Positions 38,401-48,045 of a stretch of 64,000 bases of DNA are shown piece after piece. The stretch lies in assembly GCF_964355755.1 (NCBI RefSeq), contig NC_092670.1, forward strand, positions 39,110,388-39,174,387. The letters are read 5' to 3'. How positions within the stretch are numbered: the stretch's first letter is position 1; every line of letters starts with the position of its first letter. The notes beneath the pieces are model-generated. The model was not told the origin of the DNA. It ran no database searches and was given only the letters and a program-made list of their open reading frames with translations. A program made the translations under genes and the position numbers. Origin of the DNA: Antedon mediterranea. Taxonomy: Eukaryota; Animalia; Echinodermata.

Positions 38401-40189
38401 GGTAAGGTAAAGAGATTGTGGTGCGAAAGTGTATTATCACCGTTATCAACAAACTTGATTTTCTATTTACAGCTAACAGCTATCTTCCAAGCAGCTGATG
38501 GCTTCTTAGGTATCCAAATACTCGACTTTAGCTCTGGTAGTATTGTAGTGGATTTTGTTGTGCTCCTGGAAGAAGCTGGTGCCACAGAAGACGATTTGAA
38601 TACACTGTTTGACCAGAATGTCAACAGTGCGGGAGAATTGAGTGGGTCAACACTTGACCTTGATCCCGATAACACTCAGAGTTTCCATGGTACGATTATT
38701 ATTTTTTTGTTAAAATACTAAGACTTGAATAGTCCCAGATGTTAGGAATTTAACAACAAATATTTATAGTCCTCACAAAACATGAAAATCAAAATCGAAC
38801 TTTGAATAAAACATTTTGTATTTTTAATAACTTTCATAGATAATTTATATATATTTGCACATTATGGCTTGGAACACGATATCGCAGACTGGCTTATTGA
38901 TTGATATATGTTAATATACTACGGTATGAGTAGATATAACGACTTTCCTAATTGTTTGTGATTTTTTTTAAATAGAAATATGTCCAGATGATTATTGCAA
39001 AAATGGCGGGACATGCTCAATGGATATGAATGATTTCGAGAGTTCGTGCACGTATGTATAATTAAACATTTACAAATAAATAAACATTAACATTTTGTTG
39101 TTTCACTGTAAGGCTACTTCAAGGCAATTTCAATTCAATTCTACTAACCATAACTGAAATTAATAATTCCCCAACAATAATTGCTTCATTAAAAGCCAGA
39201 TACAGATTATTTCTTTTCACAAAAATAACCTGTTTTCCCGTGTTTTTTTTTGTATTCAAGACAACAGGACCACAATGCAAAACAGGTTTCCTTTTACCTG
39301 ATTGTTTAACCCTGTATAAATATGTTGTTAAATAAATAAATAAAACCATACCATCTTTCTTACAGGTGCGCAGACGGCTACAGTGGAGAGACATGCGATA
39401 GCGAAAAACTCGACACATTGGTCATTGTTGCCATTGTCGTTGGAGCTATCGGCGGGTTACTTTTGCTACTGTTTGTGTGCTGTTGCTTTTATTTGCTCAT
39501 TACTGGTAGTCGAGAGGACGCAATGTACCGCGACGATGTTGTACTTAACCCGCCAATGTATGTAAACACTCCAGTATACACGAAAGAAAACATGTACGAC
39601 AATAGAAACTTACAGACGCATTTTAGCGGTAAAGTGTTCACACACCATCACATGCCACACGAAAAGAAGGGTGCAAGGTTCAAACATAATTCTTCAAGGC
39701 CATATATTGTGACAGGGAATGAATTAGACGTAAGTGTTTTAGCATTTAGGCCGAAAGCTCTGTCTACACCATCAAACTAGTTTGACAAAAAAGTGTGATG
39801 TGCCGTAATATGTTAGTGATATGACGTCATTGTGTTCAGGGAACATCACATTTTGTTGTCACATCAAGTTTGATAGTGTAGACAGAGCTTAATTCTTTAT
39901 CCTTTGCCGCCAAATTAGCCGTCGCAACTGTAGCATGAATAGTAGAGTCCACCGATTACCGAACAAAGTTAAAAACTGTACATGTGTACGGTAATACCAC
40001 AAAATGCCCGTGTATCGTTTAGAGCGCGCTTTTTAAACTTTTAAACAAGAAGAAGAGTTTAAGAACAGTTAATATAACAAAACCCGTGTTTCTACAAAAC
40101 ATTTCACAACACATTTAAACTTAACTCTATTTTTTTTTAAATTTTAGGACCGTGCTAGACGAGATAGAGTTTACTACGACAACTTTTAG
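2661..40189 (+). CDS. Giant hyalin-like (HYR-repeat) type I membrane protein, 5'-partial: (HYR)x45+ - SEA - SEA - EGF - cbEGF - SEA - EGF - TM - cytoplasmic tail
   Basis: 57 exons with AG/GT boundaries that join in frame. HYR exons: 2661-2903, 3853-4098, 4473-4724, 5358-5603, 5743-5988, 6276-6518, 6786-7073, 7443-7694, 9154-9399, 9794-10042, 10280-10519, 11332-11574, 11945-12187, 13745-13984, 14235-14480, 14881-15129, 15724-15975, 17653-17895, 18622-18864, 19350-19598, 19755-19994, 20124-20369, 21126-21371, 21741-21989, 22093-22338, 22654-22800+23485-23589 (one split domain), 23730-23972, 24284-24526, 24816-25058, 25513-25764, 26015-26257, 26588-26830, 27464-27706, 28208-28453, 28666-28893, 29546-29791, 30070-30324, 30634-30888, 31023-31271, 31923-32168, 32294-32542, 32671-32916, 33082-33330, 33630-33878, 34120-34371. 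C-terminal exons: 35115-35221, 35609-35834, 36190-36296, 36524-36752, 37095-37208, 37419-37535, 37805-37932, 38473-38689, 38976-39051, 39366-39729, 40148-40189 (stop TAG). No start or signal-peptide exon seen in window. Confidence 0.9.
4900..5061. mobile_element. MITE family A (PIF/Harbinger, Tourist-like); about 12 copies: 4900-5061, 8817-8970, 18525-18558, 26286-26420, 37563-37719, 39756-39889, 49319-49442, 50944-51189, 52792-52923, 53265-53369, 61840-61972, 62706-62896
   Basis: TIR AGCTCTGTCTACACTATCAAACT and internal TGTGATGTGCCCA/ATATGGTAGTGATAT repeats. 3-bp duplications are TTA (4900 copy) and TCA (52792 copy). Confidence 0.85.
12222..13526. mobile_element. Non-autonomous P-superfamily-like DNA transposon (1.3 kb)
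   Basis: Perfect 34-bp TIRs CATGGATTAAAGAATAGAAGGATATGCATCGACG and a 7-bp direct duplication AAATAAC on both sides. No transposase ORF. Confidence 0.85.
15410..15705 (-). mobile_element. RTE-clade LINE 3' fragment
   Basis: Minus strand reads [24 protein letters not shown]...DDR, resembling the RTE ORF C-terminus, with a (GAT)n-like tail. Confidence 0.6.
16019..16345. mobile_element. TTAA-flanked MITE (Kolobok-like); further copies at about 52090-52391, 58183-58441, 60583-60910
   Basis: TTAA/AGATGTATTGTCC ... GGACAATACATCT/TTAA termini. The copies share the internal GTGACATTAAAATGGCATATT motif. Confidence 0.75.
16560..17555 (-). mobile_element. Decayed CR1/L2-group LINE reverse transcriptase fragment
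   Basis: Minus strand [57 protein letters not shown], with frameshifts and stops. Confidence 0.88.
20504..20704. mobile_element. Small CATGG-ended element with an internal 86-bp tandem duplication
   Basis: CATGGAGTAGGGCGCCC ... GGGGGCGCTGCTCCATG termini; the unit GGAGTAGGGCGCCCGCATCAAATTAGAAAG...GTAATTGACT occurs at 20507 and 20593. Confidence 0.55.
21405..21690 (-). mobile_element. tRNA-derived SINE, family 1 (second copy at about 60032-60290)
   Basis: Minus-strand head TGAGTGGCCGAGCGCTTAAG (A box) ... GGTTCGAGGCTC (B box). The shared body GACCTCTTCAGTCAAAGA...AGGTTCTTTAAAGTG...CTGGACCTATGGTTTA is in both copies, followed by an A-rich tail. Confidence 0.7.
22791..23286 (+). repeat. Three tandem copies of a 167-168 bp unit that includes the splice donor of exon 22654-22800
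   Basis: TTTAACCCTAGTATGTCTTGTTTTATT starts at 22791, 22958 and 23126. Confidence 0.92.
26963..27350. mobile_element. Palindromic MITE (degenerate)
   Basis: TACACTAGGTCGATGACGATCGACGATAAATAGATACAT pairs imperfectly with ATGTATGTTTATTTATTGTCGATCGTTATCGTTATAGTGTA. Confidence 0.6.
28938..29018 (+). repeat. 20-bp minisatellite x4
   Basis: GAAAGATTAGTACTACTCTG repeated four times. Confidence 0.9.
34485..34932 (+). repeat. 47-bp minisatellite, two blocks of about 4 copies
   Basis: Unit AACAAGCCTTTGGGCTTCAAGGTTTATCCCCTGCTTTCCATGTTTAC at 34485, 34532, 34579, 34626 and again from 34748. Confidence 0.93.
35115..36752 (+). other. Two tandem divergent SEA-like domains (2 exons each)
   Basis: [22 protein letters not shown]...[43 protein letters not shown] and [22 protein letters not shown]...[43 protein letters not shown]. 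They are obvious paralogues and have the same phase 1-0-1 intron layout as the canonical SEA at 37805-38689. Confidence 0.7.
35899..36103. mobile_element. MITE family B (Harbinger-like); copies at 33392-33589, 35899-36103, 36849-37000, 41095-41256, 53514-53615, 55712-55870, 56739-56904
   Basis: TIR AGCGTGGTTCCCACTAG with (AACGC)n subterminal repeats. 3-bp duplications are TTA (35899 copy) and TAA (41095 copy). Two internal subtypes. Confidence 0.82.
37095..37535 (+). other. EGF-like domain exon plus calcium-binding EGF exon
   Basis: [33 protein letters not shown] (37095-37208) and [39 protein letters not shown] (37419-37535), the latter with the DIDE and C-x-N-x-x-G-S-Y cbEGF consensus. Confidence 0.92.
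37805..38689 (+). other. Canonical SEA domain with autoproteolytic G/SIVV motif
   Basis: [55 protein letters not shown]; GSIVV is encoded at 38536-38550. Confidence 0.9.
38976..40189 (+). other. Juxtamembrane EGF, transmembrane helix and cytoplasmic tail
   Basis: [37 protein letters not shown], then hydrophobic [28 protein letters not shown], then a tail ending ...RDRVYYDNF-stop. Confidence 0.88.
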
Positions 40190-41464
40190 TAAGTGATTGC
40201 TTTGCAGTGGATTAAAACAACAATATAAAATTGGGAAAACAAAATATCAGCTTATTATAATGATTGTACACACATAGATAATGTAATAGTATTATGTTTG
40301 AGACAAACACGTTTCTACTATAAGTTATCATGAAATCTTAGAATTTCAACTCAAGGGTCAGGGGTTAAGGGTCACTGGATGGTACGAAAACATACCGTAC
40401 CAATCTACACCCACGGAAAATTATACAAGAATCAGGGAATATGATTAATAATGTAAACTACTGTATTATATCAAGGTTTTACTTACCATATATAATCCTA
40501 ATATTTAACATTATAAATATATTTATTTAAAAAAAAAACAGTTTAGATTCAGATTTACTGTAAAAATGTAAAGAATCCAGAAATAAATTTAAGAATAGCA
40601 GTAATGTTAATATTAATGTTGGCGTATTGGATTAATATTGTTAATCTTGATTTTAATCGGATTGTATCGCTGCAATTCAGTAAGTCAATGCTGCAGAAAC
40701 ATGTTTTCCAATCTAATCTTAATCCGGTTCAAGCCCACACAATATTTGGTGTTTTCATACTTTATTATGCACATTTAAATCCACTGTACTTTATAGACAT
40801 ATGTAGAAAATTAATTTAATTTAGAAAGGAAAAGTAGAATCATGTATATCTGTAGTACGGTATAATAATCGAATGTAATACTATGCAACTTATATTTATT
40901 ATAGGCCTACAGTTTCAATAACCTTACATGTAATTATTTTCTATTAGTGTAGTTATCTATTACTAATAATCAACTTGTATCTTAGTATCAGGGTTGGATT
41001 TAGTGGAATGAGGTATAGTAGGGGAACCTAGATCATTACATTAATTAAAAACTATAAAATGTTAAGAATATTCTATAATAATTATATTGAATAATGCTTG
41101 GTTCCCACTAGAGACGCAACAAAAGAACGTAACGCAACGTAAGTCAGTTGACCAATCACAAGCGAGGGATTATTCGAAATTTCGCTTGTCATTGGTCAAC
41201 TCGCTTGCGTGGCGTTTAACGTCCTTGCGTTGCCTCCTAGTAGTTGGAATCAAGCTTAAGTATAATTCAACGCATTGGACGATTCCGACATCCGAGCATG
41301 CGCAATGTTTAGTGCTTTCAATTCCAAACTTGAATATAAATTGCTTATACATATGGGTTATAATTAGGGAGAATCGTATGCAGTTTCTCACAGTGCAATC
41401 AGCATCATCCGCCGTAGATCCATGATCAAACAATGAAACACATTTCTAGATCCTCCACTGCATC

Positions 41465-44400
41465 TTATATGCGTGGTATAGCACTGATTTTAAAAGATTT
41501 AGGACTTAGTGTGAAACCAACGTTGGGTTCAAACTCTGGTTTAGTTTGGCCGTTTGGTACAGTAAGTTTAAACCGCAGCAACAATTTACTCAATATAATC
41601 AACAATTCCATCTTTGCCATATTTTCACCAATACAAATTCTGCGACCTGTGATATAAAAGAAATACGTTAACAGTAATCAATTGAACGTAATTTAAATAG
41701 TAGTAAAAATGGAATTAGTAGTAATTACAAGTTAATTGGCGATATAATAACATAATAATTTGCGCCGACCGACGACCTAGCTACGTACGTGCGCATTGGT
41801 GTTTCGTTGGCCGTCGCCTTGATCCGGAAACCAAAGATTATATAGCGCCGCTACGCGGCGCAAGATAGGTAACTGTTGCCAAGCTCCTATCTTATAACAC
41901 TACGCGCCCAGTAAATCCATGGACGCCATTCGGGCGGACAGGTTATTAATGTGATTTAAATGTAAATGGTTTAAATTTTGCGGTCCGCCTCGAAGTATCT
42001 GTGGTTAACCATCTTTATGATAGATTCATGGAAAAGGGAAGAAATTATGTAAACAAAGTAAAATAAAAGTTTCTTTGGGATCTGGACACTTTCCGATTAA
42101 TTCTGTGTGTTTACATTGATATGTTTGGTTAGACAACTTCGTTCTTTAACCGAAACATCGTGGATATTGTCTTGACAACGACTTTATTCCGGTTCAAACT
42201 TGTCCGCCGGAATGGCGTCCATGGATTACAAAGGTCTCACCCAGTTACCTATCTTGCGCCGCTATACAATCTTTGCGGAAACCACCAAAATTGTGTCGAG
42301 GGATAGAATAAGGAAGCGCGTGCAAATGTTGGACATGCGCATAATGAAAACCGCATGCAAATTTGGGGCATGCGCACAATGATATAACCTGGGTCATCGG
42401 TCGTCAAAAAGCTCCCTATTAAATAGAAGGATGTAGACTATCTTACAGTATTTCTGTACTATAAATTAAATATTTATATTTTTTGTAATGTAACGGTGTT
42501 TTTTTTATGAGTGATTTGTTTTTTTGCATACGTATTCTTTTAATTTAGCACGATATGTCAACACCTTCAAAATACGACTAAAAACCCACACAGAAGCATT
42601 TCCTGTTTAACTTTGTCAAGCGCCTCCTATGAACATTGTTTTTATGGATACCGGCGCTATATAAGTCTGATTGATTTATTTATTTATTGATGTACGCTCA
42701 CGACACGGTAGCTGAAGATAATAATTACTTGCGCAATGCTTGTGTCGACAAGCACAGCTTAATTAATATGACATGGGCATCCATAAACTCATAATATAAA
42801 AAAACAAAAACTTACCTAAACCAAATGGCATGAATGATTTGGGCCTAATGACCTTTTTACCATCCTGATCGAAAAATCTTGAAGGTTTAAACTCTGTAGG
42901 ATTATCCCAATGATTTGGGTCCATGTGGACCTGATAAATATTCAGATTTATGTTAATTCCTTTAGGCAGTTTAAATCCTTTAACCTCGCAGTCTTCGGAT
43001 GAGCCTCGTGGCAGCAGGGATGGTGCGACGGAACCAAGACGTTGTACTTCGTAAATTGTAGCAACAAACAAAGGAAGGTTACTCAATGCTGCCGTTGTTG
43101 GCTGACCTTCGCTTCCAAATTCACTGTGTAGTTCATTGTAGACCTATGTTAATTGATAAGAATATTCAACAGTGGGTATATTTGTGTACCGCCAAACCAA
43201 AACCAGGCGTTTGTCGGCAGCAAGGGATTTCTGTAAAATGCTTCTGAATGTGTAAAACCTATATCTTGACCATTTTTAGTTTTTTAAATAATCTTACAGA
43301 AAATTTACCGTAGATTCCAAAAATCTATGTATTTTAAAGAAATTATAAGTATAAATCAATGAAAATAACATTTTAATGAGACCCCCTTTTTCGTCTTTGG
43401 TGAAAAAATCAAGTTCTATTCTGTAATTTGTGTCTATTTCTAACCAACTTTTACCTCTTTGATTATGAGAAGACCCCTTAATGTGTTGTATTTTTAGAAA
43501 GCTCGTGAAAAAATCTTTCCAAAGATAAAGGTTGTAGGTCATGTAAAATAATCGTATAGCCAATCAAACACATTCTTTAATAACCTTTTGGTAAAAGCAA
43601 ACCAGTCTTGTTGCTACGGAATCCTGAAACAGGCAATTTGATTGGCTAACAGAGTGGCTCAAGTCATTGAAGCGTTAAATTTGCCTTTAACAGCTATTCA
43701 AAGTACACTGCTGAGGAAGCGGTAAGGTTTTAACAAAACTTTCTTACTGTAAAAAACATTCAATATTAATTCATACTTGCTATTTATGCATCCTAGATAA
43801 TAATAAAACAACATAGAATAGTTTAATGATTTATATAATATGAAAAGTAGAAATATTGGCTTCACTAGCGAATCATAAACAACAAGAGGTTAGAAAGTAC
43901 GAAATGACTTTCTAGCGCGACACACTCAGTTTGGTGAACACAGAAACACTTTTGATCAAAATATTAGGCCTAGCCTAGGCATAAGATAAGAGATGAACTG
44001 TATGCCAGCTTAGTACTTCAAGTTAGCCTAGTAAAACCACCTAGCCTACCTTGGTCTAGGCCTACCCCAAAAAAAATGATTTTTAAATGTGTTTAAAAAA
44101 GTTTAATTTAATTTTTCATTCTGTTTTCAGATCTTGATTGGTAATACTGTAATGTATATACCAATAGTTTTGACAGTGGTGGTGATGCTGTTGCTAGGCC
44201 TACTTTCTCTTCTCAAAGAACTCCAATAATGGTGGTGATACGCTGCTTAATATAACTTTACAAAAATGACTTTGATTCTGATGATACATGACACATGTAT
44301 TCTATTATGCAACGTAACCCTGAATAAAACCGTGAAATAATTGTATCGAAAAATATGTATGTATTTAAATGACCCGGCACAAAAGATGATAATACTGTTG

Positions 44401-47362
44401 TTGTAACACGCAGCCTGAAATGACCAAAATGTTATAATTTAAAGTGTACCAATTGTAAATAAATGTAAACACATCAAACACAATCAACTGTCTGTGTATC
44501 ATTAATTTTGGTTCATTTCTATGTGTTGTATTTTTATTGTCACTTTATTAATATTAATAGTACAGTACTTATTTATAGTTATTACAAGCCTCACACATAA
44601 CATAAGTTTAGTAAAAAAAGTTTACTAACGTATGTTGTTATTTGAAGTCTCATTTGACAATGTTAATGTTAATGGATTTCTTTGAAAATTTCAATGATTA
44701 TAGAAAAATGTATTAGTTACATTTGTGCTAAATTTCAAAGCCATAGGTATACTAGAAGTTAGCGTTGTCAAGGTGAACATGAGTCGCTGTCTGCCAGCAC
44801 ATTTAAACTTCCTGTTTGAACTATTGTTTATCTTTGAATGCATTTTTCACTGCTAAATAAAAATGAATTCTTACTTGTATTTCTTTACTTATTGTATCAT
44901 AACTCTAAAAATACTTGACCAAATTGAATAATTTTTTCAGTATTTTAAAGCAAATTATGTGCTCTGTACAAATATCTTGAAAACTCAAAATGTCACATTT
45001 ACGACAAATGCCTGGTTTTGATTTGGCTGTACACATTTTATAAAGTGAAATAAATCGTAAAATAAATCATAAAAAAAGAGAGGTTTTTAAAACCAAACTT
45101 AGTTCATTAATATTACTCATAGATCTTTCTTATTCATAGGTCTTTTTTATTCATAGGTCTCTGTTTTTCGAGTTAAAATCAAATCGTAAGGCGTTTAATG
45201 AAAACTGCCTTAAATTACCGTGACATGTTTCGAGAATACTATTCTCATCATCAGAACTGAAATCAACGCCTAGATTACTTATATAACTATTACACAGTTG
45301 TATTTAAATGAGGCACTAATTAGCATGATAAAGAACGAAGTACTAAATAACAACATAACAATCATAATTGCAAGCATGACGCCTAAGTTATAGATTTGTT
45401 TGTTCAAGGACGGTTTCTTCCACGTGATTTGGAGGGCTTCCTTGACTTTTATTACTGTTTCATTTGATGTAATTAAATTTAATCCAGTTGTGCTTTACAT
45501 GAACTACATTTTCACATTCAGGAAGACTTACTAGCCGTAAGTTTATGTACCAGAAAACAAACTATAGCCGTACGTGTTCATACGCAGTTGATCCGAAACA
45601 TATCCGCAGAGCATAACCCAGAGGCATGAAGCCCCTGGATTAGGAACCTCCTCCTAGGCCGTTTTTAACCTTTTTCGACATGTTTTGATGCATGTTTTTC
45701 CTCTGGGCATGCTGGCACTGCTCATATGCCCCCCCCCCCAACCGCCCCTTTCATAAGCACCGGGGCCCTTTGGTTTAGCCAGTGAGTACTCTAGCCGTTA
45801 CGCCACTGATTACGTGCTTGTGTGGTCAGTAGGCCTAAACTCTTTCCTCCGGTATAACTCAGATTTCAGAATATAAGGTTATAAACAGCTGGGTATATCG
45901 GATGTAATTTATCATGTAAACCTCAATCTAAATCGCAATTTACTTCCGATAGAGAATGGAATAGGATGAACTTGCCTGGTAAAACTCGGACAAAAGACAA
46001 TAAATACAACTTACCTTTTCTTGTTCCTCTGGAAAGGAGGCCATAAAGAGAATAAACCATAGCATTGTACTAGATGTAGTTTCAGACCCAGCCACAAACA
46101 ATGTTATAACTGTGGTATACATTGTTTCGAAAGTGAATGGGGCATCTTCCTCATTTTTCTCAACTTCAACAATAAGTGAATCCAGTATATCACGAACATT
46201 GTCTCTGTCGATAGTCGACAAGTGTTCATGAATATGGTTCTTGACGAACTGTATGACACCTTCAGACGGACGCTTCTTGTGTTTGAAGAATGGCAGGTCG
46301 GTAAGACACGGTAAGTGGGTCTCCAGGTTGCTCATGTTCATTTGCTTTACATACGCTTGTAGATCGCTTAAAAGTTGAAGGAACTCTAGATCTTTGTAAT
46401 CGTATCTTCTGTTGAAACTCATAGAACATATAACATTGGCTGCAGCACATGAAATAAAGTGGTTAGGATCAAATGGCTGACTTTGATACTGTGAAATTGC
46501 TTCACATAGGGCGTCAGCTTCCACGATTATCTGGTCTTCAAGCGACGTCTTTCCAACTCCAAACTGTCGTAACACACTTAGCATCCATTTTCTGCCCTTC
46601 TTCCATTCTGGCCCATTTTCAAATGCCACGCTACCTGATTAAAAATTAAACGAAAATAAATACATAAATAAACTCACTAAAATCAGTCTGACGAATTTCA
46701 GCATTGTTTGATCTTTAGTGTGGATCTTAACATAATTTGATGTTTAATACTTTAAATTTGAAATGTGGAATGTTTTATACCAAATAATTTGTTTTAAAAT
46801 AAAATAAACTACACTACATTCATTTTTGTTTTATACCAAATAAATAAAAAATAATAAAATAATATACACTAATTTTGTTTTGTTTTATACCAAATAAATA
46901 AAAAAATAAATAAAATTAACTACAATAAATTTTTTTGTTTTATACCATATATATTTAAAAAAATAAAAAATAAACTACAATACAGATCAAGTCTATGACG
47001 ATAAACTTTCAGTTCTTACCTTTTTTTCCTGACAAATAACATATAACTGGAATCAGTTTTCTAACGGAAAATACATTTGCTCGTTTAACAAAAGTTTCGA
47101 TGCCGAGCGTTACTTCGTTAATCCAAACAACTTTCTTCATTGGACCATTGTAGACCGTCAGAATATCTCCGTAGTACTTAGCCCATCTCCCAATTGTCTT
47201 AAATGGTCGTACGCGTAACGCTAACATGTTGCCTAGTAATGGGATAGGTATTGGCCCAGGCGGAAGTTTAGAATTTAAAAACATGTATACATGTACCATA
47301 AGCAGCGTAGTCAAAACAATGATCAACACATTGAAAATTTCACTTGTGTTTAACAACAGCAT
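41465..47362 (-). CDS. Cytochrome P450, clan 2 (CYP2-like), complete, 490 aa
   Basis: Exons 47362-47020, 46634-46015, 43143-42816, 41646-41465 (1473 nt, in frame). N-terminal anchor, PPGPIPIPLLGN hinge, WKKGR C-helix, AGSETT I-helix, EVQR K-helix, FKPSRF meander, and heme motif FGLGRRICIG across the last intron. Confidence 0.95.
41767..42402. mobile_element. Nested inverted-repeat element(s) in CYP intron 3
   Basis: Three concentric inverted-repeat pairs: CGACCGACGACC/GGTCATCGGTCG; GCGGCGCAAGATAGGTAACTG/CAGTTACCTATCTTGCGCCGC; AATCCATGGACGCCATTCGGGCGGACA/TGTCCGCCGGAATGGCGTCCATGGATT. Confidence 0.7.
43183..45035. mobile_element. 1.85-kb non-autonomous TIR element, superfamily unassigned, in CYP intron 2
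   Basis: TGTGTACCGCCAAACCAAAACCAGGCGTTTGTCG at the left end matches the reverse complement of CGACAAATGCCTGGTTTTGATTTGGCTGTACACA at the right end with 3 mismatches. Confidence 0.75.
45200..45460 (-). mobile_element. Penelope-like element fragment
   Basis: Minus strand KVKEALQITWKKPSLNKQI resembles the end of a GIY-YIG endonuclease, followed by a CTGATGATGAG...CTCGAAACATGTC 3' motif. A similar CTGA...CGAAACGTCG motif lies at 4757-4795. Confidence 0.5.
46770..46980 (+). repeat. AT-rich tandem repeat, about 55-60 bp x4
   Basis: GTTTTATACCAAATAA recurs four times in CYP intron 1 (the last copy is degenerate). Confidence 0.7.
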
Positions 47363-47854
47363 ACTGAAGTCTTACTACGTCTTACTTCTGGAAATGTTTA
47401 GTGTCAATTAAACAGCTTATAATGTGATCTTATAATATTTTAGGTGATCCGCCGCTGTATTATTTATATACGAGTCGGTCGTATTTAACTTAATATATTA
47501 TACCACTTATCGGATTTAGATTGTTGAGTGACAAGATCAAGTTCAGATCAATTGTTACAGCAATATCCTTGTCGGAATTCCTGTTCACCAACCATTCGCA
47601 TATGGTGCGGTAAAATCAACTAATTTCTTGACCACGACGTACATCCGTGTACAAAAAGAAAATTCCTCAATCGAATAAGCATACGACAGGGATAATCTTC
47701 CAATACCATCAGTTTTTAAACACCAAATCTTACAAAATAAACTAATTACATATTAAATATTTCTTTGATTGCATTTTAATAGTGCATTAGGAGTAGATCA
47801 CTACAAAAAATATGGTTCATAACTTTTCGATTATTTTTATGTTATGTTTTATTT

Positions 47855-48045
47855 CATACGCATCCAACAGCGAGTAACTCGCCACTTGCAGAATGGATAA
47901 ACTATTTTATAATTTATCGTGCTTATAAACTAAGTATTATTTGAGGCTTGAGTGGAGTTGAAAGAGTCGTGAGTTACAATATAACCTTAGCACTAGGTCA
48001 GGATTAAACCCTGGAGCTTGGGATTGGAAAACAAGCATGTTTTTG
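47855..48045 (-). mobile_element. tRNA-derived SINE, family 2 (related fragments at about 57284-57415 and 59610-59762)
   Basis: Shared GCATCCAAC..CGAGTAAC.CGCCA, GGATAAACTATTTTA, GAAAGAGTCGTGAGTTACAA and GCACTAGGTCAGGATT(G/A)AACCCTGG (B box GGTTCAATCC on the minus strand). Confidence 0.6.
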
